Source: Bacteroidales bacterium
GTDB lineage: Bacteria > Bacteroidota > Bacteroidia > Bacteroidales > UBA932
Direction: 5' to 3'
DNA length: 58,238 nt
NCBI GenBank assembly: GCA_016295455.1
Contig: JAEDLE010000001.1
Coordinates: forward strand, 1 to 58,238
A program made the translations under genes and the position numbers. Numbering within the stretch: position 1 is the first letter of the stretch; every line of letters begins with the position of its first letter. Below, in pieces: positions 49,195 to 58,191 of the stretch. A model generated the notes under the pieces. It was given only the letters and a program-made list of their open reading frames with translations. It ran no database searches and was not told the origin of the DNA.

Positions 49195-50766
49195 ATGAGA
49201 AATATATATCTGACCAACACCCTCTCCAGACAGAAGGAACTCTTCAAGCCCGTCCACGAAGGACACGTGGGAATGTATGTCTGCGGACCTACGGTATATG
49301 GCGACGCGCATCTGGGCCATGCCAGGCCGGGAGTGACCTATGACGTGCTCCAGAAACTGTTCCGTCATCTGGGCTACAAGGTGAGATACGTCCGAAACAT
49401 CACCGACGTCGGCCATCTCGAGCACGACGCGGACGAAGGCGAGGACAAGATAGCCAAGAAGGCCAGGCTGGAGATGCTCGAGCCGATGGAGGTCGTGCAG
49501 ACCTATACCTTCCGCTACCACGAGGCAATGAGGCAGCTCAACGTGGCACCCCCGTCCATAGAGCCGCGCGCCTCGGGACACATCATCGAACAGATAGGCA
49601 CGGTCAGGAAGATACTCGACGCGGGATATGCCTACGAGAGCAACGGCAGCATATACTTTGACGTCAGGAAATACAACGAAGACCATAACTACGGAGTGCT
49701 CTCCGGCAGGAACCTGGACGACACCCTCGAAGGCACACGCGAGCTTGACGGACAGGGCGACAAGAGGGCCCCGTTCGATTTCGCGCTATGGAAAAAGGCT
49801 GAGCCCCAGCATATTATGAAATGGCCTTCACCTTGGGGAGAAGGTTTCCCGGGCTGGCATCTCGAGTGCTCGGTAATGGGAGAGAAATATCTCGGACACG
49901 ATTTCGACATACACGGAGGCGGAATGGACCTGATGTTCCCGCACCACGAATGCGAGATAGCCCAGAACGTGGCTTCCAGGGGTACCTGCGGAGTGCACTA
50001 CTGGGTGCACAACAACATGATCACCATCAACGGCCAGAAGATGGGCAAGTCCCTGGGCAACTTCATCACGCTCCCGCAGCTCTTCGCAGGAGACCATCCG
50101 AAGCTCGAACAGGCCTACAGCCCGATGACCATACGCTTCTTCATACTCCAGGCCCATTACCGCAGCACCCTCGACTTCTCAAACGAGGCCCTGCAGGCGG
50201 CCGAAAAAGGTCTCAGGAGGATAATGCTCGCCTACAGGGACCTATGCAGAATTGCTCAAGGCCTCGGCGCCGTCAGCCCGTCCAGGGGCACGGAAGGCAA
50301 TCCGGCGGGTGCCCTCGCATATGGCGAATACATAGCGCACACCGCACCTGACGGACCGGTGGCGGGATGCTCGGCGGAAATAGCCGCACTCCACGAAGCC
50401 ATATACGACGCCCTCTGCGACGACATGAACACGCCTGTGGCCATATCCCATTTCTTCGAGGCGGTGAGGATGATAAACTGCGCGAAGGACGGTTCCCTGA
50501 AACTGGGCAGGGAGGACTGCGAGACCCTGCTCCAGCTCTTCGACGACCTCGTGTTCGGAGTGATGGGCCTCAGGGACGAGAACGGCGCGGCCTCCGACAG
50601 CGCGAAGGACGTGACCGCGGGTCTGATGGAGATGGTGCTCGAGGACAGGGCACAGGCCAAGGCCAACAAGGACTGGGCAAGGAGCGACGCCATCAGGGAC
50701 AGGCTCAATGCGCTGGGTATCAGGGTGAAGGACGGAAAGAACGGAAGCGAATGGGTGATAGACTGA
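49195..50766 (+). CDS. cysS: Cysteine--tRNA ligase
   Basis: [35 protein letters not shown]. Confidence 0.97.
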   Translation: MRNIYLTNTLSRQKELFKPVHEGHVGMYVCGPTVYGDAHLGHARPGVTYDVLQKLFRHLGYKVRYVRNITDVGHLEHDADEGEDKIAKKARLEMLEPMEVVQTYTFRYHEAMRQLNVAPPSIEPRASGHIIEQIGTVRKILDAGYAYESNGSIYFDVRKYNEDHNYGVLSGRNLDDTLEGTRELDGQGDKRAPFDFALWKKAEPQHIMKWPSPWGEGFPGWHLECSVMGEKYLGHDFDIHGGGMDLMFPHHECEIAQNVASRGTCGVHYWVHNNMITINGQKMGKSLGNFITLPQLFAGDHPKLEQAYSPMTIRFFILQAHYRSTLDFSNEALQAAEKGLRRIMLAYRDLCRIAQGLGAVSPSRGTEGNPAGALAYGEYIAHTAPDGPVAGCSAEIAALHEAIYDALCDDMNTPVAISHFFEAVRMINCAKDGSLKLGREDCETLLQLFDDLVFGVMGLRDENGAASDSAKDVTAGLMEMVLEDRAQAKANKDWARSDAIRDRLNALGIRVKDGKNGSEWVID

Positions 50767-51515
50767 AATTCGTGTCGTGGAACGTGAACGGCCTCAGGGC
50801 CTGCAACGGCAAGGGTTTCCAGGACGTGTTCCGCGGCCTTGACGCCGACTTCTTCTGCCTGCAGGAGACCAAGATGCAGGAAGGCCAGCTGGACCTCGCG
50901 TTCGAAGGCTACGAGTCCTACTGGAACTACGCCGAGAAGAAAGGCTACTCAGGCACAGCCATATACACAAGAAAGCATCCCCTGTCCGTGAGTTACGGCA
51001 TAGGGGTGGACGAGCACGACCACGAAGGCAGGACTGTGACCCTCGAGATGGAGGACTTCTACCTCGTTTGCGTGTATGTCCCGAACTCCCAGGACGGGCT
51101 CAGGAGACTGGACTACAGGATGCGCTGGGAAGACGACTTCCGGGCATATCTGGCTTCCCTCGCAGAGCGCAAGGGAGTGATAGTCTGCGGGGACATGAAC
51201 GTGGCCCACGAAGAAATCGACCTGAAGAACCCTGCAACCAACCATATGAACGCCGGGTTCACGGACGAGGAGAGGGGCAAGATGAGCCTGCTGCTCGGGA
51301 GCGGATTCACAGACAGCTGGAGGATGCAGCACCCGGACGGGGTGAAGTATTCCTGGTGGTCATACAGGATGAAGGCGCGGGAAAGGAACGTGGGCTGGCG
51401 CATCGACTACTTCCTGGTCAGCGAGGCTCTGCGAGACAGAATCGAATCCACTGAAATTCACGACAATATACCGGGATCGGACCACTGTCCGGTTGAACTG
51501 GTCATCAGAGGCTGA
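50751..51515 (+). CDS. xth: Exodeoxyribonuclease III
   Basis: [33 protein letters not shown]; start MGDRLKF overlaps the end of cysS. Confidence 0.94.
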   Translation: MGDRLKFVSWNVNGLRACNGKGFQDVFRGLDADFFCLQETKMQEGQLDLAFEGYESYWNYAEKKGYSGTAIYTRKHPLSVSYGIGVDEHDHEGRTVTLEMEDFYLVCVYVPNSQDGLRRLDYRMRWEDDFRAYLASLAERKGVIVCGDMNVAHEEIDLKNPATNHMNAGFTDEERGKMSLLLGSGFTDSWRMQHPDGVKYSWWSYRMKARERNVGWRIDYFLVSEALRDRIESTEIHDNIPGSDHCPVELVIRG

Positions 51516-52527
51516 GGTCTTTCCTGACCCAGGTCTCGTCAATCCAGCTCAGGGCGCCGCAGATAAGCTGCGTCAGCGCCTGGGATTCGTGTGAAAGGGT
51601 GGCGAATACCAGGCCGGTGGCCAAAGGTATGCCATATACACTCTGCAGGGCAAGGGAAAGGAGGTAATGATATGCCCCGAAGCCGCCCGGAACGGGCACG
51701 AGGGAACTGACGGAACCGACCACCATCAGGAAAAGGGCGTCAGTCATTCCCATGGACGCAAGTACACCGCCCGCATCCCGAGCAGTCCCCTGGAGCGACC
51801 ATATCACGGTCGCTGCCATCAGCCAGTAACACAGCCATATTCCTGCGGTGAGCAGGATGAAGAGCCAGCCCCTTTCCATATGCAGGCAGCCGAGAGCGCC
51901 CTGCCATATTCCCTTGAGGAACCGGGCGATGGAGGAGATGAAGCTGAAGCGTTTGCGCAGCAGCCATATGACGCAGACAAGGGCGGCTGCCGCAAGCAGG
52001 AGGACAGGGAGCATCCAGGGAAGGCGGAAGACGGCAAGTATGTTCTCTCTGAAGAAAGAGCCGAAACGGCGCCAGGTAAGGGCCATGGTGGCAAGGAAGA
52101 CCAGCGCCAGAGTAAGCGCGTCCCAGGAACGTTCCAGCACTACGGTGCCGAGCACCTTGTCATAGCTTGCAAGCCTCTTTCCTTCAGGGTCCCGTGCGGA
52201 GGAGCGGGTGATGTAGCCGCAGCGCACAAGTTCGCCCAGACGGGGAAATAGCATATTCGCCACATAGCTGATATTCACCGCATTGAAGCAGGATCTCAGG
52301 CCTATGGAAGGATCGGTAGGAGTCAGAAGCATCCTCCAGCGCAGGCCCCTGAGCAGGAAAGCCAGGGCTCCTGCGGCCATGGATGCGAGCACCCAGCCCC
52401 AGCGGCACGCGGCAAGGGCTGCTCCGAATTCCGTCCAGTCCACATCCCTGAAGCACACATAGAGCAGCATCGCCGCCAATGCAAGCGATATCAGGTACTT
52501 GAGTATGTTCTTGACTCTGTTATCCAT
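51505..52527 (-). CDS. Lysylphosphatidylglycerol synthase TM-like / flippase-like membrane protein (UPF0104)
   Basis: RGLRW, N.LFPRLGELVR, VVLER..D, PVPGGFGAYH. Confidence 0.85.
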   Translation of the reverse strand: MDNRVKNILKYLISLALAAMLLYVCFRDVDWTEFGAALAACRWGWVLASMAAGALAFLLRGLRWRMLLTPTDPSIGLRSCFNAVNISYVANMLFPRLGELVRCGYITRSSARDPEGKRLASYDKVLGTVVLERSWDALTLALVFLATMALTWRRFGSFFRENILAVFRLPWMLPVLLLAAAALVCVIWLLRKRFSFISSIARFLKGIWQGALGCLHMERGWLFILLTAGIWLCYWLMAATVIWSLQGTARDAGGVLASMGMTDALFLMVVGSVSSLVPVPGGFGAYHYLLSLALQSVYGIPLATGLVFATLSHESQALTQLICGALSWIDETWVRKDLSL

Positions 52528-52548
52528 CAGGCTTTCACTCCATCCGGG

Positions 52549-52595
52549 CAAAGTTAGGAAAATAATGATTATTATATGAATTTTCCGTAACTTTG
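52549..52595. promoter_or_regulatory. Divergent sigma-A promoters
   Basis: TAACTTTG on minus (52549-52556) and on plus (52588-52595). Confidence 0.65.
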
Positions 52596-52617
52596 GAATT
52601 CACATCACTTTTAGTCC

Positions 52618-53628
52618 ATGAAGTCAATCTTAGGTATAGGCAACGCCCTCACAGACATACTCGCAGTCCTGCCGGACGACACCCTCCTGAAGGAATACCA
52701 TCTTCCGAAAGGAAGCATGCAGCACGTGGATATGGAGACGGGAGACCGCATCTGGTCCGCGCTCAAGGAAGTCGGAGTCAAATACGTGCCGGGCGGATCC
52801 GCCGCCAACACCATCACCTGCACCTCCATATTCGGTATGCCTTCGGGCTATATAGGCAAGATAGGCAACGACGAACTGGGCAACCTCTTCAAGAGCACCA
52901 TGGAGCAGTACGGCGTGAACACCCGTATGCTCTACGGCACGAAGTCCTCCGGACGCTGCATGGTCTTCATCACCGGAGCCAATGCCGAAAGGACCTTCGC
53001 GGACTATATGGGTTCTGCCCTGGAGATGGGTCCGCACGATTTGAAGCCGGAGTATTTCCAGGGCTATGACTATTTCCATATCGAGGGTTATCTCGTGCAG
53101 AATCAAGACCTTATCAGCACAGCCGTGCAGATGGCCAAGGAGGCGGGATGCAAGATAAGCATAGACATGGCATCATATAACGTGGTCGAGTCGAACGATG
53201 CCTTCCTGCACAATCTCGTGGACAGGTATGTGGACATAGTCTTCGCCAACGAGACCGAAGCCCGGGCTTTCACGAAAAAGGAGCCCGAGGAGGCCCTCTC
53301 CGAACTTGCAAGGCATTGCGAGATTGCGGTCGTGAAGATAGGAAAGGACGGTTCGATGGTGCAGAGAGGCGAGGAGAAGCATATCATAAAGCCTTGGCCT
53401 GCAGCCACGATCGACGCCACCGGCGCAGGTGACACCTATGCAGCGGGTTTCCTCTACGCGCACTCCCTCGGAATGCCGCTGAAGGTCTGCGGAGAGGTTG
53501 GATCCATCATTGCGGCGAAAGTGGTGGAGGTGATAGGAACCAAAATAGATGTGCCGAGATGGCGCGACGCGAAGCTCGAAATCAGGCAGCTCATTGCCGC
53601 AAACACCCCGGAATCAGATGTTCGATAG
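52618..53628 (+). CDS. PfkB family (adenosine/nucleoside) kinase
   Basis: GIGNALTD, GGSAANT, FANETE, DATGAGD. Confidence 0.9.
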   Translation: MKSILGIGNALTDILAVLPDDTLLKEYHLPKGSMQHVDMETGDRIWSALKEVGVKYVPGGSAANTITCTSIFGMPSGYIGKIGNDELGNLFKSTMEQYGVNTRMLYGTKSSGRCMVFITGANAERTFADYMGSALEMGPHDLKPEYFQGYDYFHIEGYLVQNQDLISTAVQMAKEAGCKISIDMASYNVVESNDAFLHNLVDRYVDIVFANETEARAFTKKEPEEALSELARHCEIAVVKIGKDGSMVQRGEEKHIIKPWPAATIDATGAGDTYAAGFLYAHSLGMPLKVCGEVGSIIAAKVVEVIGTKIDVPRWRDAKLEIRQLIAANTPESDVR

Positions 53629-54154
53629 CATCAAAGGCATATTCAGACGCAGGGCGCTCAAGAAGAACGCCAGCCCCGTACAGACAGCGATAACGCCGGT
53701 TTCGTCGGTAAAGACCGCCGTGACCTTCATCGACGTGGAGGACACCAGTTTCGACGCCTGCAAGGAAGCCATACTCTCCTTCTACAGGGAGAACGGCATC
53801 AAGGGAGAGATATTCTTCTTCGACTTCAGGAAAATCGGCAGCGGCGAAAGGCTCATAACCAGCATCACCAACACCGTGCTCGAAAGGGACGTCAACTGGT
53901 ACGGCAAGCCTTCGGAGGAAAAGATGAAGCTGCTCGAGAACCTCAACCCGGAACTGTTCATCTCCCTCATCAAAGGCACGGACTTCCCTATCGAGTATAT
54001 GGCGACCTGCAGCAGGGCCAGATTCAAAATCGGACGCTGCCAGATTCCCGGACGCATATTCGACATGGTGGTGGCGGACGCTCCCGGCAGGGAGACCTCG
54101 CAGCTGGAAGTGTTCAAGGGAGTGAAAAAGTATCTTAGAAACATCGGAGCATGA
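53618..54154 (+). CDS. Conserved Bacteroidetes hypothetical protein (DUF6913-like)
   Basis: NWYGKP, LFISL, S.ARFKIG pattern; genome-like codon usage. Confidence 0.6.
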   Translation: MFDSIKGIFRRRALKKNASPVQTAITPVSSVKTAVTFIDVEDTSFDACKEAILSFYRENGIKGEIFFFDFRKIGSGERLITSITNTVLERDVNWYGKPSEEKMKLLENLNPELFISLIKGTDFPIEYMATCSRARFKIGRCQIPGRIFDMVVADAPGRETSQLEVFKGVKKYLRNIGA

Positions 54155-55107
54155 TGAAAAAGCTCATCGGCGACATAATGGTCGCTATCAAAGGCTACTG
54201 TATGGGAGCCGCGAATGTGATTCCGGGAGTGTCAGGAGGCACAATCGCACTCCTCACCGGCATATTCGGAAGAATAGTGGACAGCCTCAACTCAGTGATG
54301 GAGCCCCACACCTGGAAATGTCTGCTCAAGGGCCGGTGGAAGGAGTTCTGGAAAGCTATAGACGGCCGGTTCCTGCTCGCGCTGGCAATCGGAGTCCTCG
54401 CCAGCATATTCTCATTGGCGAAACTGATGGAGGTCGTGCTGGAGAGATTCCCGGTTCAGACCTGGGCGTTCTTCTTCGGGATGATAGCCGCAAGCGCGGT
54501 GGTGATGCTGGTGAGCCACAAGGGCTGGAAAGCCACGGACGCACTGTGGACCCTGCTGGGACTTGCAGCCGGAGTGGTGATCTGCACCCTGTCCCCGTCA
54601 CAGACCCCGGACGACCTGTGGTTCATATTCATCTGCGGCGCCATAGCCATATGCACGATGATACTGCCGGGCATTTCAGGCAGTTTCGTGCTGCTGATTC
54701 TCGGGAAATACGAATACATAATGTCCGCCATCAACCAGATGAACCTGCCTGTGCTGGCAGTGTTCGGAATCGGCTGTGCGATAGGCATATTGGCCTTCTC
54801 GAAGTGCCTGCACTGGCTGCTCGGGCGCTATGAGTCCCAGACCATGCTGGTCCTCGTGGGCTTCGTGACCGGTTCGCTGGTAAAAGTATGGCCATGGAGC
54901 GACAAGGCGGCATTGGTGAGGGCTGAATTCATCAGCCGCGGAATGGACAGCGAGGCAGCCCGCCAGGCCGTCGAGGCCATCAGCGATGCAGGCCAGAGCC
55001 TCACTCCCCTCCTGGGAGACCCGCATACCGCCGGCGCCATCATCTTCGCCCTGTTGGGCATAACCCTGGTCGGAATCCTGGAACATCTGGGCAGAAGCAA
55101 GGGATGA
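54151..55107 (+). CDS. DUF368 family membrane protein (putative undecaprenyl-phosphate translocase)
   Basis: MGAANVIPGVSGGTIA and MILPGISGS repeats, GSL.KVWPW. Confidence 0.9.
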   Translation: MMKKLIGDIMVAIKGYCMGAANVIPGVSGGTIALLTGIFGRIVDSLNSVMEPHTWKCLLKGRWKEFWKAIDGRFLLALAIGVLASIFSLAKLMEVVLERFPVQTWAFFFGMIAASAVVMLVSHKGWKATDALWTLLGLAAGVVICTLSPSQTPDDLWFIFICGAIAICTMILPGISGSFVLLILGKYEYIMSAINQMNLPVLAVFGIGCAIGILAFSKCLHWLLGRYESQTMLVLVGFVTGSLVKVWPWSDKAALVRAEFISRGMDSEAARQAVEAISDAGQSLTPLLGDPHTAGAIIFALLGITLVGILEHLGRSKG

Positions 55108-55370
55108 GGATGGGATAGACGGTTGACGGGGATGGGATAGATGGTTGGAGGGGAAAGGATTGATGGTTGGAGGAGAAAGGATTGATGGTTGGAGGAGAAA
55201 GGATAGACGATTGGCCGGCCAGCAGGCAGGGATGGGATAGATGATTGGAGGGAAAGGATAGATGATTGGAGGGGAAAGGATAGATGATTGGCGGGGAAAG
55301 GATAGACGATTGGCCGGGAAAGGATAGACGATAGGCCGGGATTGGAGAAAAGATAGGCGGTAGGCGGTTG
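55108..55370 (+). repeat. ~11 copies of a 22-bp purine-rich minisatellite
   Basis: Consensus GGAAAGGATAGAYGRTTGGMGG repeated in tandem with one 12-bp interruption. Confidence 0.9.
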
Positions 55371-55438
55371 CGTCCACCGCCTTTTGCTTTCTGCAGGATA
55401 CCATTCCCGATCACATTTGGTCACTCCTGAATTTGTCT

Positions 55439-55920
55439 TTCCACCTGGAACGGAGGTTGGCCATAGAATATAGCTAATCAATGGTCGGTGTGCCAGGTGG
55501 ACGCAGTCTGATTCCACCGGGAACGGAGGGATGGATCAGGCGTTGTTGCAGGGATACATACTGTTCCAGGTGGATGCACTTTGATTCCACCTGGAACGGA
55601 GGTTGGCCATAGAATAGTTCTAATCAATGGTTGGCGTGCCAGGTGTACGCACTTTGATTCTACCTGGAACGGAGGGATGACCCCGGAGGGATTGCAGGGG
55701 CGGTGGCTGTGCCCGGTGAAAGGACTTTTGTGGGTGGAAGCTTCCCCCGGATTCGTGGACCATCTCCTCCGCTCGTGTGGTCTTTCCATCTGGAACGGGG
55801 GTCTGCCATAGAATAGTTCTAATCAATGGTTGGCGTGCCAGGTGGACAAGGTTTGATTCTACCTGGAACGGATGGATGGCCCCGGAGGGATTGCAGGGTC
55901 GGTGGGTGTGCCAGGTGGAA
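55439..55920 (+). repeat. Array of six inverted-repeat-bounded cassettes with 73-bp period (4+2)
   Basis: TTCCACCTGGAACGGAGG-N33-GTGCCAGGTGG at 55439, 55512, 55585, 55658, 55784, 55857. Confidence 0.92.
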
Positions 55921-56001
55921 GGAATCCTTCATAATGGCGCAAGTAAGAAGTCTGCCAAAAACAAAACGCAATTGAATTCTTTGCAATAAAGGAATAATTC
56001 G

Positions 56002-56009
56002 TATATTTG
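56002..56009 (+). promoter_or_regulatory. Sigma-A -7 element for tRNA-Arg
   Basis: TATATTTG with upstream TTTG at 55980-55983. Confidence 0.7.
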
Positions 56010-56055
56010 CAGTCCATTTCTGTACGGCAGGAACATCCTGCAAGAAATGAGGGAC

Positions 56056-56129
56056 GGTTCGGTAGCTCAGCTGGATAGAGCAACAGCCTTCTAAGCTGTG
56101 GGTCTTGGGTTCGAATCCCAACCGAATCA
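56056..56129 (+). tRNA. tRNA-Arg(TCT)
   Basis: GGTTCGG...ACAGC-CTTCTAA-GCTGT...TTGGG-TTCGAAT-CCCAA-CCGAATC-A. Confidence 0.97.
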
Positions 56130-56130
56130 C

Positions 56131-56325
56131 GACACAAGCAAATCGCCCGGCTTCCCGGGCGATTTTTGTATTGTCTCCGAACGTTGAGAGCTCGCTCTCA
56201 AAAGAGAGGAGGCAATACAAAAACGCAGTTCTGCGCAGCAGAACGGCGATTTGCGCCCCACCGTCGATGACGGCCCGCGGAGGTAGGGAAAACGGAGCGC
56301 AGCGACGTCATCCCTTCCGAATCAC
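56131..56325. mobile_element. Putative small tRNA-anchored element or island remnant
   Basis: Bounded by ATCCCAACCGAATCAC (56115-56130) and ATCCCTTCCGAATCAC (56310-56325); several internal hairpins. Confidence 0.5.
56140..56167 (+). terminator. tRNA-Arg terminator
   Basis: AAATCGCCCGG-CTTC-CCGGGCGATTT-TT. Confidence 0.8.
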
Positions 56326-56612
56326 ACAACAATTTGTCCGATATTTGTCCGATACGGGATTCATCAACAGCCCCGGAATGGGCTTTCCTATTGATTATCA
56401 ATGATTCCAAAGAATCCACATCCTCCGGGCCACGAGCGACATCACGAGCGACATCGTGCCCGACAAAAGCAGGAGGAATAGGACGTACCGCTGGAAAAAA
56501 CGGATTCAAATCCTTTATATCGAATACGGAATCTGGGGGAGCCGTTGTTCCTTATGGCCATAATCTGGGTAAACCTGTAGAACGACCTTCCGTAACCATA
56601 TTCCACCTTCCT

Positions 56613-56842
56613 TTCCACCTGGAACACCTTCCCCTTCCACCTGGCACGCCTACCTTGAACAGAACCTTCCCAGTTCACACCCTCCGTTCCAGGTGTACCC
56701 ATTCCACTTCCACCTGGCACACCCACCACGAACAGAACCCTTCCTGCTCCTCCTCCACGTTCCAGGTAGCAGCAAACTTCTTCCACCGGGAACGCCAACC
56801 AACAATGGACAACGCCAGAACCGGACCCTCCGTTCCAGGTAC
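56613..56842 (-). repeat. Second array of the 73-bp cassette (three units), inverted relative to the first
   Basis: CCACCTGGCAC-N33-CCTCCGTTCCAGGT at 56637, 56710, 56783; extra half-site at 56615. Confidence 0.88.
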
Positions 56843-56930
56843 AAAGCCAAGCACACAGCCAGGTACAATGCCAAACACCCAACCAAACACAAAACCCAAC
56901 GACAAACCCTTCAAAAAACCATCCCGCCCA
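56835..56930 (+). repeat. Degenerate 12-bp C/A-rich tandem repeat
   Basis: ccaggtacaaag ccaagcacacag ccaggtacaatg ccaaacacccaa ccaaacacaaaa cccaacgacaaa. Confidence 0.6.
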
Positions 56931-56965
56931 CTCCTCCCATTCCCGCCCCCACTCAGAACGCAACA

Positions 56966-56997
56966 TTTGCATATTCAGAAATAATCTTCTACCTTTG
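56966..56997 (+). promoter_or_regulatory. Canonical Bacteroidetes sigma-A promoter for GT2 gene
   Basis: TTTG-N20-TACCTTTG. Confidence 0.75.
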
Positions 56998-57074
56998 CGA
57001 CCTATAGACGAAAAAAATCTAGACCTGCTGTATCCTTATTTAAAAACATCGTAAAACGCCAACGGAAAACACCG

Positions 57075-58127
57075 ATGCATAAGGTCGACATTATCATTCC
57101 CGTATACAAAGTTGAACCGTTTCTGAGACGTTGCCTCGACAGCATACTCGCACAAACATTCAGTGACTGGCGCGCCATATGCGTAGATGACGGAAGCCCC
57201 GACGGCTGTCCCGCAATTCTCGACAGCTACGCAGCCAAAGACAGTCGTTTCCTGGTGATACACAAAGAGAACGGAGGACTTTCAGATGCCCGCAACGTAG
57301 GATTGGACATCGCGGATGCGGAGTTTTACATGTTCATAGACTCCGACGACTTCATCCATCCCCAAACGCTGGAGATAGGCGTCCATCTCGCCGAAAAGCA
57401 CAAATCCGACATAGTCACCTGGTACAGGGACAGTCTCTACCGTAACCAGCAGGTCAAACTCTGCCGTCTGCTGCACAAGGACCCGATTACCTCAGTTCCA
57501 TGGCGATACGGCAAACGCTACAATCCCGACAAAATCCGTTGCCACAGCTCCGACAACCTCATCGGGCACTGCTCGGACTGGAACCATCCGCACATATCCT
57601 GGGCAATCAAGCACAATCACGTATTCAAGTTCCTGCTCCGCAGGTCCACCACCGGAGACTTGCGCTTCATCAAAGGCATGACCTTCGAAGACATCAACTG
57701 GTGGTCAGAGATGATGCTGAAAAGCTTACGCGTAACCATAACCCATCTGCCACTGTATTACTACTACCCGAATCCGTCTTCAATAATGAAAGGGTCAAGG
57801 GCGGCAAGCGTACAGCAGAACGTACTCCGCGCCATCAACATCACCTACCTGACCTACAGGGAAAAGGCAACGCCTTACCAGATGAGACATTGGAGCCGCC
57901 ATATCAAATGGGCGATACTCCGCGGCATGAGCAAGCAGTTCGGCAAACTCAACGACGCCTCCAGCCGCGAGCAAGTCAGGCTCACCTACCGGCAGATGCT
58001 CGACGAAGGCGTATTTGACGACGCCCGGACACTATCGAACCGCAGGGCATATGTACGAATATGCCGATTTGTCGGCGCTAAGGATAACCTTCAGACCGTC
58101 AGTCCGCTTATCAGGGCCTTGACATAA
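57075..58127 (+). CDS. Family 2 glycosyltransferase
   Basis: IIIPVYKVE, VDDGSPD, NGGLSDARN, FIDSDD, FED. Confidence 0.93.
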   Translation: MHKVDIIIPVYKVEPFLRRCLDSILAQTFSDWRAICVDDGSPDGCPAILDSYAAKDSRFLVIHKENGGLSDARNVGLDIADAEFYMFIDSDDFIHPQTLEIGVHLAEKHKSDIVTWYRDSLYRNQQVKLCRLLHKDPITSVPWRYGKRYNPDKIRCHSSDNLIGHCSDWNHPHISWAIKHNHVFKFLLRRSTTGDLRFIKGMTFEDINWWSEMMLKSLRVTITHLPLYYYYPNPSSIMKGSRAASVQQNVLRAINITYLTYREKATPYQMRHWSRHIKWAILRGMSKQFGKLNDASSREQVRLTYRQMLDEGVFDDARTLSNRRAYVRICRFVGAKDNLQTVSPLIRALT

Positions 58128-58191
58128 AATGTATCTCACCGGACACTTACGCCAGAGACGCATTACGTTCCCCAAATGAACTTCACAATCG

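Noticed and set aside
50367..50750. Long N-terminal extension of xth or a cysS-xth fusion
   Set aside because: The extension is an off-frame read of cysS; ATG at 50751 gives a normal-length ExoIII.
55439..55920. Integron attC sites (AAC...GTT arms)
   Set aside because: Arms do not fit RYYYAAC/GTTRRRY, there are no gene cassettes between sites, and there is no intI.
55439..56842. Canonical CRISPR array
   Set aside because: No cas genes in the window, spacers recur in alternation, hairpin loops vary, and blocks begin and end on half-repeats. Kept as an unexplained repeat instead.
54676..57007. ORFs over the repeat region (e.g. 54676-55404, 54828-55517, 56334-56984, 56442-56972)
   Set aside because: Low-complexity translations of tandem repeats in several frames; 22- and 73-bp periods are not multiples of 3.
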